A stretch of 64,000 nucleotides of DNA from positions 620,001-684,000 of the forward strand of contig CBFDEM010000004.1 in NCBI GenBank assembly GCA_965603825.1, given 5' to 3'. Origin of the DNA: Blepharisma stoltei ATCC 30299. Taxonomy: Eukaryota > Protista > Ciliophora. Numbering within the stretch: position 1 is the first letter of the stretch; each line of letters opens with the position of its first letter. The notes beneath the pieces were generated by a model. It saw only the letters and a list, made by a program, of their open reading frames with translations. It was not told the origin of the DNA and ran no database searches. The position numbers were made by a program, and so were the translations under genes. Positions 11,002 through 22,995 of this stretch are shown piece after piece.

Positions 11002-12945
11002 TTATCCTTTTTTCTTTAATTTCTGCGTCATATGGTTTGAGAACTCCTCTTCTTCGTTCAAATGTGCTTTAAAACTCATAACCTTCTGATACAAATTCTG
11101 ATAAACTGTCAATTTATGCTTAACCAAAATTTCCATCCTTTGCACATAAGAATCAATGTCATAATCTGTATCTCCTTGGGCCATAGAAATCAATTCCCCC
11201 TCTTCTGTCAATATTTGTGCATCTTCTTTTATAGCATGAACATGAGTTTCTAATAACTCTTCTTCCTCTTCCAGTATTGTCTCCACTTTTTCATGCAAAT
11301 CAAGCATTTCTAGACTCATTTTGTCTTCTTCTTGTTTTTGTATATATTCCATATCCCTGAAGCTTTTTCTGAATTTGTCGGCAACTTCTGGCTTTTCATC
11401 CTTTTTTTTAGGTAGATTTTGCTGAACTTGAGGCTGAAGGTTTTTCTTAGATGGCTGAGGCTTTGCTGGCTCTGGCTGTGGTTTTTGCTGTTCTTGGTGA
11501 GGCTTTAATGGCTCTGGCTTTGGCTGAAATTGGTTTACTTGATTAGCTACAACTTGCTCTTTTAATCTATCAGCGTATCTAAGTGAATTTATAGTATGGT
11601 CAGAGCTTGAATGCCCAGGACACACACAAGTGATCATAATAACCTTTTTTTCATCAGACCCTCCTTCAAAAGAATCCCTCAGCACCAAAGTCAGTTTTGA
11701 GCCTCTATAAGGTACATGTGCCCCAGGGCCTCCTCTTAGTGCTCTAATACATTCTTTTAGTGCCAATAAGCTTTTGTTTATTTCTGCACCTTCAATACGT
11801 CTTTGCCTGTTATTGCTAACACAGTCTTGTGCCCTTTCACTGCCAGCCAAATCAACTAATCTTAGTCTTCCAAACTCTCTTTGACCGCTTTTTAATAAAA
11901 TCTGGCAAATTGCGTGGGATCGTGAAGAATCTTCATTTGAGGTGGTTGCGTGGGTTGTTCTGACTGAGTTTCCATATTCAATCAGCTGTAAGACTTCATC
12001 TTTATTACCAACTGGATGCTCAACTAAGCCTTGGATTTGAATATTCCCGTTACCATCTTCAAGAATTGTAAGTTTGGCTCTATTATTAAGCAGATCAAAG
12101 CAGCGGCCACCGTAAATTTCGTAGAAGCTTATATGGAATGTAAGCTGACCTCGGCCAAATTTATCAAGATCACAAATTACCATTTCCTGGAGGCCCCGCA
12201 TTGTATAAGTTTTGCCTGAACCTGTTTGGCCATATGCAAAACAAGTTACAGTGCCTCCTTGCAGTATAAATGGACAGAGAGGCCGAATAGAGGACTCGTA
12301 AACGGTCTTTGTGTCTTCGTTTTCTCCATATGTATTGTCGAATTGGAAGGTGTGATTTTCTAGGTATTTAGTAATGCCATCTACTTTAAACTTAGGCTCG
12401 TGAATCATAATTACTGGGTTCGAACAGCTCAGAGCATCAATTTCGCCATTTTTCTCTTCCTTAGAGAAAATTGGTCTTTTTCTTACACACACACAAATTT
12501 TTAATTCTGATGAAGGGACATGGGGCTTCTGAGGAGGAACTTGCTGTTTAAACTGATCAACCATTTTTTGAAAATCTACATCTACTAATTTCCCTAGGGC
12601 TTCATTTTCAGCTTTTCTTTCTTCCTTGTTGATTCTTTCTTCTTCCATCCTCCTTCTTCTTTCCTCTCTTTTTTTTTGAATTTGCTCAATATTGTTTAAG
12701 ACACTATTTGAACCTTTTGATCCATTGTCTTGAATTGGTATTCCTAGTGCTTTTTTAAGTCGCTCAACTCTTTCTTTATTTGTCCCAAACACTGGCAATT
12801 TTTTATTTTTCAACTCAACCAAAATATCTTCAGGTGTCATCGCGTCAATTTGTTGGGCTTTGCCAAATAATTGGTTGTCTCGCTGATTTTTCAGTCTTTC
12901 TCTGTTTTTCTCAGCTTGAGTTGCAGGTCCTTTTTTAGGTTCCAT
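11002..12945 (-). CDS. Kinesin-13 family microtubule depolymerase
   Basis: Central motor with KFKVDG (KVD finger), CFAYGQTGSGKTYT, SSRSHA, LVDLAGSER, HVPYRGSKLTLVLRDSF. Likely start MEPKK at 12945. Confidence 0.95.
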   Translation of the reverse strand: MEPKKGPATQAEKNRERLKNQRDNQLFGKAQQIDAMTPEDILVELKNKKLPVFGTNKERVERLKKALGIPIQDNGSKGSNSVLNNIEQIQKKREERRRRMEEERINKEERKAENEALGKLVDVDFQKMVDQFKQQVPPQKPHVPSSELKICVCVRKRPIFSKEEKNGEIDALSCSNPVIMIHEPKFKVDGITKYLENHTFQFDNTYGENEDTKTVYESSIRPLCPFILQGGTVTCFAYGQTGSGKTYTMRGLQEMVICDLDKFGRGQLTFHISFYEIYGGRCFDLLNNRAKLTILEDGNGNIQIQGLVEHPVGNKDEVLQLIEYGNSVRTTHATTSNEDSSRSHAICQILLKSGQREFGRLRLVDLAGSERAQDCVSNNRQRRIEGAEINKSLLALKECIRALRGGPGAHVPYRGSKLTLVLRDSFEGGSDEKKVIMITCVCPGHSSSDHTINSLRYADRLKEQVVANQVNQFQPKPEPLKPHQEQQKPQPEPAKPQPSKKNLQPQVQQNLPKKKDEKPEVADKFRKSFRDMEYIQKQEEDKMSLEMLDLHEKVETILEEEEELLETHVHAIKEDAQILTEEGELISMAQGDTDYDIDSYVQRMEILVKHKLTVYQNLYQKVMSFKAHLNEEEEFSNHMTQKLKKKG

Positions 12946-13246
12946 TTTGTAAGAATTATTTAAGTTTAAAAATAGGTTCAAAATCGGATTTAAATTTGTA
13001 TAGAAAAATGATTTGCTAGGGCTAAATATATAAATATATAAGCCTAAATAAACTAGGAATTTTTAAAAAAGCAAATAAAATATTGAAAATTTATAGATTA
13101 ATCATTCAATAATTTCTTATTTTGTTAACAAGCAAAATTGACTTAACTTTGATATTTTGACTTTTATTTATAGTGATATCTAATAAAAAATCCATATCAT
13201 TTAAAGAATAGCTTTAAAGAAATTAGGATCAATAAAAATACTGAAA

Positions 13247-13447
13247 ATGGTAAGACGATATCCTCAAAGCGACCCATGGCCCTACCACTTAGGTGTATCT
13301 GTATTAATGGGAGGAATATTTTATGTTGGTTTTACAGGGCTGCTGAGAACTAATAAGAAACTAGCTATATTTGCAGTGCCATTGGGCCTGTTTGCCCTTC
13401 AAAATCTAGATATTGCTCAAGATGGATTCAGGCATAGAAAAGAGTAA
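13247..13447 (+). CDS. Small membrane protein (66 aa), unknown function
   Basis: AAAATG start, higher GC than flanks, two hydrophobic stretches, TAA stop. Confidence 0.6.
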   Translation: MVRRYPQSDPWPYHLGVSVLMGGIFYVGFTGLLRTNKKLAIFAVPLGLFALQNLDIAQDGFRHRKE

Positions 13448-13611
13448 GAAGAATCATAATTGTTCTAGCTTAATTTAGAGCATTCTAATAAGCTAATTTA
13501 AGAGATCTAAAATATAAGTAAGCCTTTAACAAATTACTAGCAAGCATTGACTGGACTATTTCAATATTCGATTAGAATTATTTAAGTATTTTTATAATTT
13601 TCTAATAAACC

Positions 13612-14457
13612 ATGGGCCACACTGTCTCGAAGCTTTGCTCAAAATGCTTTAAATCAGAAGAAGAAAACCCGATTTATCAAGAACAAGAAATGAAAGAAAC
13701 GCTAATTTCAGAGTCTTTCTCTATAAATAGCAGTATCTCTATACCAAAAAATATCTCAGCCTCTTATGAGCTTTCAGAAACCACCAGCAGTTCTAGTGAA
13801 AATCTAAACCAGGAGCACATTTTGCGTTTACTAATAGAAAAAGCGACCCAGGAATTTTTAGATCACTTATATGCACCTTTACAAGAAGAAGGATGCCAAG
13901 AATTAGTAAATAAAGATGGATTTCTGGTATATGGGAAAGAGTTGCCTGATGCAGTATTAATTAAAGCGTCATGGCTAACCCCTTATACAGTAGATCAATA
14001 TAAAATCGTAATGGAAGACATCAACAATAGAACGACTTGAGATCGCAGCTTAGAAAGTGTTGAATTTGTGTCTACGATACCTCCTGATATATATATTACT
14101 TATTCAAAATTCAAAAAAATGCCTATGATATCATCTAGGGATATGGTTTTAGTTTCCAGGCTAATAAAGCTTCAGAAAGGAGTTTTGCTTATTGATACAT
14201 CATGTGAACACCCTGATTATCCTCCTACTGATAAATTTGTAAGAGCGACACTGCCTGTTAATGGCTATTACATAGAGCCGATTGATAAAGATGATCAAGG
14301 AAATATAAATAAAGTGATAAATATCACAATAGTCAATTTCGGAGGAAAATTGCCAAAATCGTTAATAAAAACGAAATATGGAAAACATGTGCCAAGCTTA
14401 ATTAAAAGAATGCATGGAGAAATCATGAAGATCACAGAGAAGTCTCCTTACAACTAA
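13612..14457 (+). CDS. START-domain lipid-transfer protein with N-terminal MG..C acylation motif
   Basis: ORFs joined through TGA14038 giving NNRTT[W]DRSL (START RxxWD). Also SSRDMV, HPDYPP..FVRA, NFGGKLP. Confidence 0.88.
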
Positions 14458-14674
14458 TATTAATCATATATAGATTTCTAACTCTCAATAAAAAACTAAA
14501 TCTAAGATCAAGTTATGGGTCTTATCGGCTATCATTTACTACTTCCCTAATTAAATCTGCTGTTTTTATCATTATAATGCAATAAATAATTTAATTTTTC
14601 AATTCTGTAAGATTTTATGAAATAATTATAGCAATAAGCCAAAGTTTTTAATAAAGTTTAATCTAATTCTTATT

Positions 14675-15118
14675 TTAGCGAGCATATTGATTGACCCATT
14701 GCCTTGCAGTTGCCACATATGCTTCATGACTGTTCATCATTTGCTGGGCTATCTCAGGCTCAACAGCGTGCTCTGGGCTTGGGGTAATTAAAGTGCTCAA
14801 CAACAGCTCGATGACATGTCTGATATTTTTGGTAGGGCTCCAATCAGATTGGTATAGTTCAGTGCAGATTGCTCCGTCGTCAGATTTTACATTAGGATGG
14901 TAAATTCTAGTAACAAACCTCACATCTGGGGCTCTGAAAGGATAATTGGCCGGAACTGTCAAAGCGAGCTCAAAGTTTCCACCTTCATAAGCTGAGCCTT
15001 CAGGTCCTACCAAGTTTACTCTCCAATGAGTAATGTCGTCTCCGACAAGTGACACTGCACAATTCTCTGGAGGGTTTGTGCTGAGTTCTTGGAGTTCTTT
15101 ATTGATGCGACTCTGCAT
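14675..15118 (-). CDS. Ubiquitin-conjugating enzyme E2
   Basis: RINKEL, GPEGSAYEGG, YPFRAP..F.TRIYHPNV...GAIC (catalytic Cys), WSP. Confidence 0.96.
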   Translation of the reverse strand: MQSRINKELQELSTNPPENCAVSLVGDDITHWRVNLVGPEGSAYEGGNFELALTVPANYPFRAPDVRFVTRIYHPNVKSDDGAICTELYQSDWSPTKNIRHVIELLLSTLITPSPEHAVEPEIAQQMMNSHEAYVATARQWVNQYAR

Positions 15119-15380
15119 TTTATTAATAACCACCGAAATTTATTGGAAATATGGGTTTATATTTTATTAGCAGAATATCTAGAAACCATGACTAAGTAGC
15201 TCTGCGTCGAATTTATTTAAAATATTTTTGCAATGATTTTCAAGCCATCCTCATAATTTTGCAGCTAAGTTATTATCGAATAAAAAAAACTTTATTCAGA
15301 TGTTTACAATTATTTATGTGATATTTTCAAGATAAATACATGAAATTTTAATTATATTAAATATCATTACCAAAATTTTT

Positions 15381-16808
15381 TTACTCTCCCCTAAGCTTTT
15401 TTGTCACAAATTTTATTGCTTCGGGATAGTGTGTCTGGTAGCCCAAAAACTCTTCATAATGACTCTCAATTTTCCTTTTCCCTTTAGCCTTCACTACAAT
15501 TGGAAACTCGTAAAGAGCTTCAATTTCAAGATAAGGATGGAAAAATGTCATTGAATGATAGATCTCTTCAACACTATGCATATCTAACGCTGAAGAAATA
15601 AATCCAGCGTAAAGGTCTTGGACGATAGAAGCACTTTCAATATGGGAATCACTTGAAAATTCTTCAATATCAAAAGACCCTTCTGCTAGCCACTGAGAAC
15701 TATCTTCATATGAAGGAGTATCTTGGGAAACTGGCCCATCGTAATAAAGCAAATTGTAATTTGTTTCGAAAAAAAATTTGCTTATCATTAAATAAAGCAA
15801 GCCACTTGCTTGAATTCTTGGGGATAATTTCATTATTTCGGAGTCTAATGAAGCAGTATCCAGAATTTGGAAAGTTTCTCTAAAGCGCTTATAGGCTTGT
15901 CTATTTTTTTGTTTGAAAATAATAAATCTTTTCTCATACAGCTTTTTTTGTATCTTTTTTTCTTGGGTTGGCAAGTGATCGAAGTCTTTCAAAGAGTTAT
16001 AAGGAACACAGGAAAAATGATACTCAATAAAATCGTCCCATTGGGACATAAGCCAATTAAGCCAATTATAGCTTGTAGCTGGATAAGTCAGCCAAGTTAA
16101 TTGTTGAAGTACAAACTTCTCTGTCATTTTTATAGCTTTGCTTGAATACCCGCTGTTGCAAGAGCTAACCCAATCGCTTAATTTCGGTGGATAAATCTCT
16201 TCAATCTTTGCTGCAATATTTAAACACGCCACCCCAAGCAGCTGAAACTCCTCCTTCTTTATATTTTTCAACTTCGACAAAATCCTATCCACATATGACA
16301 GCGCCATATAAAAAGTTTCCCTTTTCAGCATAAACTCATGAGAAACCTCCATCATTCAGTCAAATAAAACTGCTCTCATGACAGGGGTCACATAGGCTTG
16401 CAATGATTCAAAACACCCAGCATTTGGCAAATAAATTGTTTCTTTTTCTAACATATCATACATATAGCCAATACTCTGTGGTTTTCATAGTGTATATGGA
16501 ACTAAATTGGGATTTTCTATAAGGACTTGCTGATAATCCAAGGATTGATTTCCGTAGATGTCAGATGTGAATGAGTTTTCTGTATGAGGGAAGGTTTGGA
16601 TGGGAAAATTGAGGGTTTCTTCACACTCAAGCCGAGGGTGAGGAGAAGAGTTGCCGCTTGTCGTGGAGTTTGAAAAGGTATTTTCTTCGGTAGCTTTGGG
16701 GCTGTATAGAGTAGATAGTTGGGACAGTTGGTATTCTTTTAAAAATGAAGATGTTGCATGCGATATGTGACGCTTGTGATGGATTTTTTGACTGGTCTGG
16801 GCTTGCAT
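15381..16808 (-). CDS. Cyclin (A/E-like cyclin box), ~475 aa
   Basis: Frame continuous through TGA16485 and TGA16356. Contains MRAVLFD[W]MMEVS, ETFYMALSYVDR and QLLGVACLNIAAKIEEIYPP. Confidence 0.92.
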
Positions 16809-16909
16809 TTGTAATTTTTTAATTATATGCGACGCAAATGACCCGCCATTCTTTAAAGAGCACTGTAACATGCGACACCTCCATTTTATTATAATTCTAA
16901 TAGATTAAG

Positions 16910-18430
16910 CTACATTAGGTAGTTACTAGTTTTATACTTCCAGTTATAAATTGTCCTCATTTCTTCAGCAGAAAACGAGTCAATGTTTTGCAGCTTCTCT
17001 ATGCATTGCACAGGAAACTCTAAAGCAATTCTTCCGAGCAAATGGAACTTTTCCATGAGGATATTGATGACGTCAACGCCTAAATTTTCTTTATGGCCAG
17101 GTGGGTAGAGAACAAATCCGCTTTCGTATTTTCCAAATTTATGCTTAATGGAGATCGATGAAGGAATCCCTTTTGGGTAAAATTTATCATATTCTGCACA
17201 ATGCTCAAATTTTATTTTTTGCATAATTGTTCTGGTTTGCTGGTGGAAGATAGACTCTTCAGAATAATCATAAGGGGTGAGCATTAATTGTTTCCATAAG
17301 GTCTCAATGCTTGAAATGTCAAGGTTTCGCTTTATTTCGAAGGCTTTTCTGATAATCGTAGAAATTATATAAACCATTGAGTGATCTGCAGACTGCCGAT
17401 TTGTAGGGTTATTTTTGTCCTTATCGCCTATTATTGCGTAAGCATCTTTATAGCATAAAATTTTTATTTCATTTATATCATCAAGTGAGCTTAGAATTTC
17501 TGTAAAATTTCTGATTAATGAAATTATTGAAAAAATTGCTCCAGCTGACTGATGTTCATATAATCCCAATTTAAAATGCATATCCATCACTGAAAAATCG
17601 TCTCCTTCCATTGACAAGTATATATCAAAAGGGCTTTCATTTTGATTAGCATTAGCGAAAACTCCAAAAATGCTATCCGGGTTCCTAAATATATCTTTAG
17701 GCCCTTCAAACCCATTCATCGCTCTCCGAACTGCTATGACTGCAAGTTCCGCTGCAAACGCTGCAGATGAACCTTTACTATCCGACAGCTCTTTTCCTTT
17801 CCTTATCGCTCTAAACGGTATAAAATGGGCAAGTATAAGTCCAAGAGCACTTTCAATTTGCTCCGCATTTGCACCCATTAAAGCTCCATATGTGACAGTA
17901 GCAGCCACAGCTCCATGGACAACATGATCAATTTTATGTTTTCTTAACGAAAAAACTTCACAAAGTCTTCCTCTTATTTCATCTAAGAGCAGCATACCGA
18001 ATAATGACTGTTTGCCATTCAACTTATTTTGTTGAGCAGCTGCTACTACAACAGGATAATAATCATTGTGACCATATTCGCCTTTATCATGCCCTTGTAA
18101 TTTCGGGTTATACCCAAAGACTGTCCCATTAGCATCCCATTCACGAACGGCTGCACAGTTAGCTAGAATTGCTTTCTCAGGGGAAACTTCAACTTCAGAG
18201 CCAAAACAAAAGGCGCCAGGAATCCTTGGGTAGAGGTGAGCTTCATTTCTGAGAATTGTAGGAGCATTTGTATTTAAGGCTAAAGAAGAGAGTCCACAGA
18301 GGACGGAATCAGTGTGAAATAAAGTTAAGCGCTGGATAACAGCTCTCATTGGCTTGGCTGATTTTAAAAAGTTTATCCCGAACTCAGCTAAACCTCGAGC
18401 TTGATTAGAGTTTCGCAGTAAAGTAACCAT
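16910..18430 (-). CDS. prpD: 2-methylcitrate dehydratase (MmgE/PrpD family)
   Basis: AVREWDANG, GHNDYY, KIDHVVHG, LSDSKG, FKLGLYEHQS, ADHSMVY, PPGH motifs. Confidence 0.88.
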   Translation of the reverse strand: MVTLLRNSNQARGLAEFGINFLKSAKPMRAVIQRLTLFHTDSVLCGLSSLALNTNAPTILRNEAHLYPRIPGAFCFGSEVEVSPEKAILANCAAVREWDANGTVFGYNPKLQGHDKGEYGHNDYYPVVVAAAQQNKLNGKQSLFGMLLLDEIRGRLCEVFSLRKHKIDHVVHGAVAATVTYGALMGANAEQIESALGLILAHFIPFRAIRKGKELSDSKGSSAAFAAELAVIAVRRAMNGFEGPKDIFRNPDSIFGVFANANQNESPFDIYLSMEGDDFSVMDMHFKLGLYEHQSAGAIFSIISLIRNFTEILSSLDDINEIKILCYKDAYAIIGDKDKNNPTNRQSADHSMVYIISTIIRKAFEIKRNLDISSIETLWKQLMLTPYDYSEESIFHQQTRTIMQKIKFEHCAEYDKFYPKGIPSSISIKHKFGKYESGFVLYPPGHKENLGVDVINILMEKFHLLGRIALEFPVQCIEKLQNIDSFSAEEMRTIYNWKYKTSNYLM

Positions 18431-18534
18431 TTATGATAAATAAAATTTTGTGCATGATAATAGTTTTTATTACATTGGATTTGGATTTCAATTAATAAAA
18501 TAAAAAATATTAATCAAAAAATAGGTCAGTTTAA

Positions 18535-19308
18535 TTAATTTTTGAAGAATCCTGATAGGCCAGCTCCAGTAGATGAGGAACGTTTTTCTCTTTTTGGCTC
18601 AAATTCGTTATCTTTATCAGATGCAAAAGCTCCTGTAGAAGACTCAGGAGGAATAGGGAACATATCTTCTACCATTAAGCTCCATTCTTTATATTGTGGG
18701 TTCCTAACGTCAGGTAAGTTTTCATCTTCAGGTGGATATTCGACCCAAGGTCCATATTTTCCTCTTTCATCGTGATTTCTATCATGATACTGTTCAGTGA
18801 GAACAAAATATTCCATTCCCATGTTGTCCATGGTGTGCCTTTGAATTTCTCCTTTTTCGTTGAAATTTCCTATTGACCATTTAAGAAGATATGGTCGGCC
18901 ATAGTCAAATGGAACATCGTAAATATCGCCTGTAAGAAGTTTTCTGTTAAGAGTAAAAACTGTATATCCATCAATATCGAATTTTTCAGAAGTAATATCT
19001 TGTGTACCTCCATATACTTCATCTAACGGTGGGAGTCCGTTAGCTTCAGAATATCTATCAGTAAATCCACCTTCTTTATAGAAAGCAATGAAATAATCGC
19101 ACTTGAAATTGTCTCTAGGATCTCTAACGTCTTGAATTGCTATTCCTTGCCAATCAAAACCTTGGTGAGTTTCATGAGGAATCCATAGTTCAAAATTAAC
19201 AACATCTGGAGTTGGGAAATACCACTTCCATTTCATCCCTCTAGGGAGATATTCTATGCCTGCATTGACAAAAATGATCAATCCTAGGAAGACCAAATTT
19301 AGTTTCAT
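18535..19308 (-). CDS. Secreted DOMON-like domain protein
   Basis: Signal peptide; WQGIAI, DRYS, GGTQD, FTLNRKLLTGDIYD, WSIG...H pattern typical of DOMON. Confidence 0.7.
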   Translation of the reverse strand: MKLNLVFLGLIIFVNAGIEYLPRGMKWKWYFPTPDVVNFELWIPHETHQGFDWQGIAIQDVRDPRDNFKCDYFIAFYKEGGFTDRYSEANGLPPLDEVYGGTQDITSEKFDIDGYTVFTLNRKLLTGDIYDVPFDYGRPYLLKWSIGNFNEKGEIQRHTMDNMGMEYFVLTEQYHDRNHDERGKYGPWVEYPPEDENLPDVRNPQYKEWSLMVEDMFPIPPESSTGAFASDKDNEFEPKREKRSSSTGAGLSGFFKN

Positions 19309-20076
19309 TTTTATTATAATGCCTTTAAATGTTGAAAAATAAACGTTAGAATTAATGGAGATACTGTCGAATTGATTGATTTAACGTTAAAATATGGAAG
19401 ATATGCCAGCTGAAAATCCAATGATTTAAAAATAATTTTAAAAAAATCTGGTATCTTAATGTTCCTAAATGCTCATCTTCAAAATTATATAGATTTGGTG
19501 TTAAATTTTATTAATCAATATTATAATTTTATTATTTTATGAGAAAGTCTCCTTCTTATTTTAACTTTATTTGCTATTTCACTTTATTTTAAAGGCTTTG
19601 TGAAGACCAATCTTTAATTTCTAATTAAAAATTCAATTAATATATAAATATTAGCTAGTAGTGCATCTTGCTTATTATGTATTTACAATGTTTAAGTAGT
19701 TTCTCTTATCAGCAATTAATATTTTTCACCTAATTATTATATCATTTTAAAAGTTATTTTAAATATATAATAAAAAAAGCAACTTTATTTTTTCCTTAAT
19801 GAAACAAAGCTAATAAATTATTTATAGCTTTTGGCAAATTTCTATAATTTTGCCAATATTGAAAATCTGTCCCCTATTTGCTCGAAAAACCACACTTTTA
19901 TTACAAAAAATATGAATTTCTTAGAAAGAATGAATTTTATAATCAAAATTTCCACATAAATACTACTAGTAAAGCTATTGATATTTGTTCATTTAATATA
20001 TCATATCTTAAGGACAGCAAAATACACATAATTAATTAATTAGTTTATCATTTAAAGCTTAAAAGATAATAAAATT

Positions 20077-20961
20077 ATGATGAGGAAGCATGACAGAGAT
20101 CATCCGCCTGCAGACTCAAAAGTCTATACACCTTGAGGCTATGGAGATCTTGTCGAAAGAAACGATCACAAAGCAATTGTGAAGTTTACATGGGGCGGAA
20201 TAGGATATATCGAATCTTGCAGTATAAGTTATAGCATCTCATTTCAAGTAAAGATTTTCTCACGAGACCGAAAACTCCTAACCTTCGATTGAAATATCTC
20301 CCAGGATTTCTCCAATCTCTTTTCACAATTAAAAAAGCAGCTTTCCCTATCTGCAGGCACTTTCATAAAACTTCTCTACCCAATGGGCTCGCTCCGAGAG
20401 ATCTCAGCATCAGATACACCATATTCCCTTAAGCTCAAAAGAAATGCTAAATTCATTGCACTACTAAGGCAAAACTTTTTCTGAAATGAGAGCAAAAAAG
20501 CAGCAAACATCGAAATTTCTAATAATGGCTTAACAGCTTTAAAGAAAACAGAAGACGAATTTGAAACTGTATTGGCAAATATCTGCTTAAGTACTGGCTC
20601 TTATTTTTGGGAAATAAAAATCGATATGCTTGTAGATGACGATGATATTTTTATTGGAGTTGTCGACGAAAATGCTCCTTTAGTTGGCCACCCTCCTGAC
20701 TTAGGGCTGTTCTGGGGATTTCGATGCAGCGGAGGGAAAAAATTTAGACCAGACTCAGGGATTGAAGATTATGCAGAAACAGTCGGAACTGGAGATGTTG
20801 TTGGAATTCGACTGGAATATAACGGGGATAACGGGTCTCTTAGTTTTTCGAGAAACGGGAAAGAGTTTGGAATTGCTTATACGAATGTTCCAATCAATGT
20901 TTTTCCCGCAGTTTCTTTGTTTTATCAAAGGACACAAATCACATTAATTTGCAAAAATTAA
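20077..20961 (+). CDS. SPRY/B30.2-domain protein with possible ubiquitin-like middle domain (294 aa)
   Basis: Open from ATG20077 through three TGA. C-terminal GSYFWEIKI, IFIGVV, GDVVGIRL, LSFSRNG, FPAVSL. Confidence 0.85.
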
Positions 20962-21103
20962 ACCAAATTTTACATTCAAATTAAGAGTAGCTCGTTTTCT
21001 GAAATGAGCTTGGAAAATCTTATAGCAATTTAGATAATAAAGCAATAAACATTTTATAAAAATCATTTCTAAATTTTCGAAAAATAAGTAACCTAATAAA
21101 ATA

Positions 21104-22177
21104 CTAAAATACTATGCATTTCGACTTCTTTTTTTTTTCAGTTTTCACTGGGACGTTTTTAATGTTTCTTTCTTCTTCGTCTTTTCCAGGCTCCCTAGTA
21201 GGGCTTGTGTCTCTTTTTGCTGGCTCTTTTGTTTCTTCTTCTACCTTTTTACGCTTTCTCATGCCATTAAAATTGACTAAAGTCCAATCGAAAAGATAAT
21301 CATATTCATATGATTCTCTTATGAATAAATCTTTGAATATTCTCCTTAAGTAGCCATAATCTGGTCTGTCTTCAAATTTTAATCCTCGGCAATAATTTAT
21401 ATACGCGACGAACTCTGGAGGAAAGCTGCGACATAAAGTTTCAACGGGAGTATTCATTTTTCTTTCCATAATCCTTCTATATTTTTCTTGCTTCGAATTT
21501 GCAGCAATGCCTTGCCATGGAAGAGATCCTCTCAAAAAGTATGCAAGGACGTATCCTATTCCTTCCATATCGTCTCTTCTGCTTTGTTCAATCCCCATAT
21601 GTGTGTTGATAGATGTATATCTTGCTGTTCCAGTCAAGGATTTCCCTTCAATATAAGGGATGTGCTTATGCGTTTTAGGGTCTCTATATTTCTTCCCGAG
21701 TCCAAAATCAATGATATGTATTAGTGTGCTTCTTTTCCCTGTTCCAATTAAGAAGTTTTCTGGCTTAATATCTCGATGCAAAAAATTTTTAGAATGAACA
21801 TATTCAACTCTACATATTAATTGCTCAGCGACCATCAATACTGTTTTCAATGTTAGTTTTCTATTGCAGCAATTAAACAGATCTTCAAGACTAGGACCTA
21901 ATAAATCCATCACCATCACATTAAAGCCGTCTTCTATGCCATATCAATGGACTCGAGGAAGGCCTGGCCCTCCTTGCAAAATTCTGATAATTTTAGATTC
22001 ATAGAGAAGCTGGGGATGCCGAGAATTTACATTTTCAATTTTTATTGCAACTTCTTCATTTGTTTGGAGATTGCAGCCAAGGAAAATTTCGCCAAATGAG
22101 CCACTTCCAATTTTTTTCTTGATTTGAAATTTATTATCGATTTGAAAATCGCCCTGAACCCCGATTTTCTTTGACAT
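21104..22177 (-). CDS. Casein kinase 1 with polybasic CaaX tail ([11 protein letters not shown])
   Basis: [19 protein letters not shown][W at TGA21944][33 protein letters not shown]. Confidence 0.97.
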
Positions 22178-22995
22178 TTTAATTTTAGATCATGTTCAGC
22201 AAATTTCTTTGAATATGGTTTGTGAGTTATATTAGCTTAAAAATCACTAGAATTATTTTCGTTAATTACTTTTGAAATAGGATATAAATTTAGACTAATG
22301 GAATTATGGCCTCTTTATAAAAAATTAATGGCATAGGTCTTTAAGCTGTCAATGCTGTTGTTGACGGCAATATTCTGTGCTAAAACAATTGAGGTTAAGT
22401 TACTTTATTGCTCTGTAGCAATTAGTCGGTTAGGCTTCTCACAATTACTAGTTGAAATATCTAAAAAATAATTAAGCGTAAAGCTTTGCTAAAAATCATT
22501 CTAAGTTAGTGAAACTCGAGATAGGATGAAATAATCATTATTCAATGCTAAGTTCTAATTAATTAGTAAAGCTCTCATGATTTTTCTCTCAGCATTTCAA
22601 TAGCAAATAGCCTAAGATTATTATCTGAGTCATGCAAGATCCCTACTATAAAATTAGAATCGGAGTTCTTAATAGACTTCTAGATATCAGTCTTGTACAG
22701 AATCATGAGACATAAAATACTTCAAAGATTATGATTTAGGATAAACCTTTTTATTTTTAAGGCTGAAGCTGCCATAAGAAGACTCCATAAAGTCAGTCAG
22801 TATTATTTTCTTATCTATATAGTGCTTAATGATAAATAGAAATCAGCATCAGAAAACAGAGCTTATGATTAAGGACTTGCAAAGATATATAATATTAACA
22901 ATGATTTTTTATTTATAATTCTTAATCTAAAAAACTAGATCCCATATCTAATTTATTTGCGAATATTAGTCCAATTAGTAATATTTAACCTTAAT

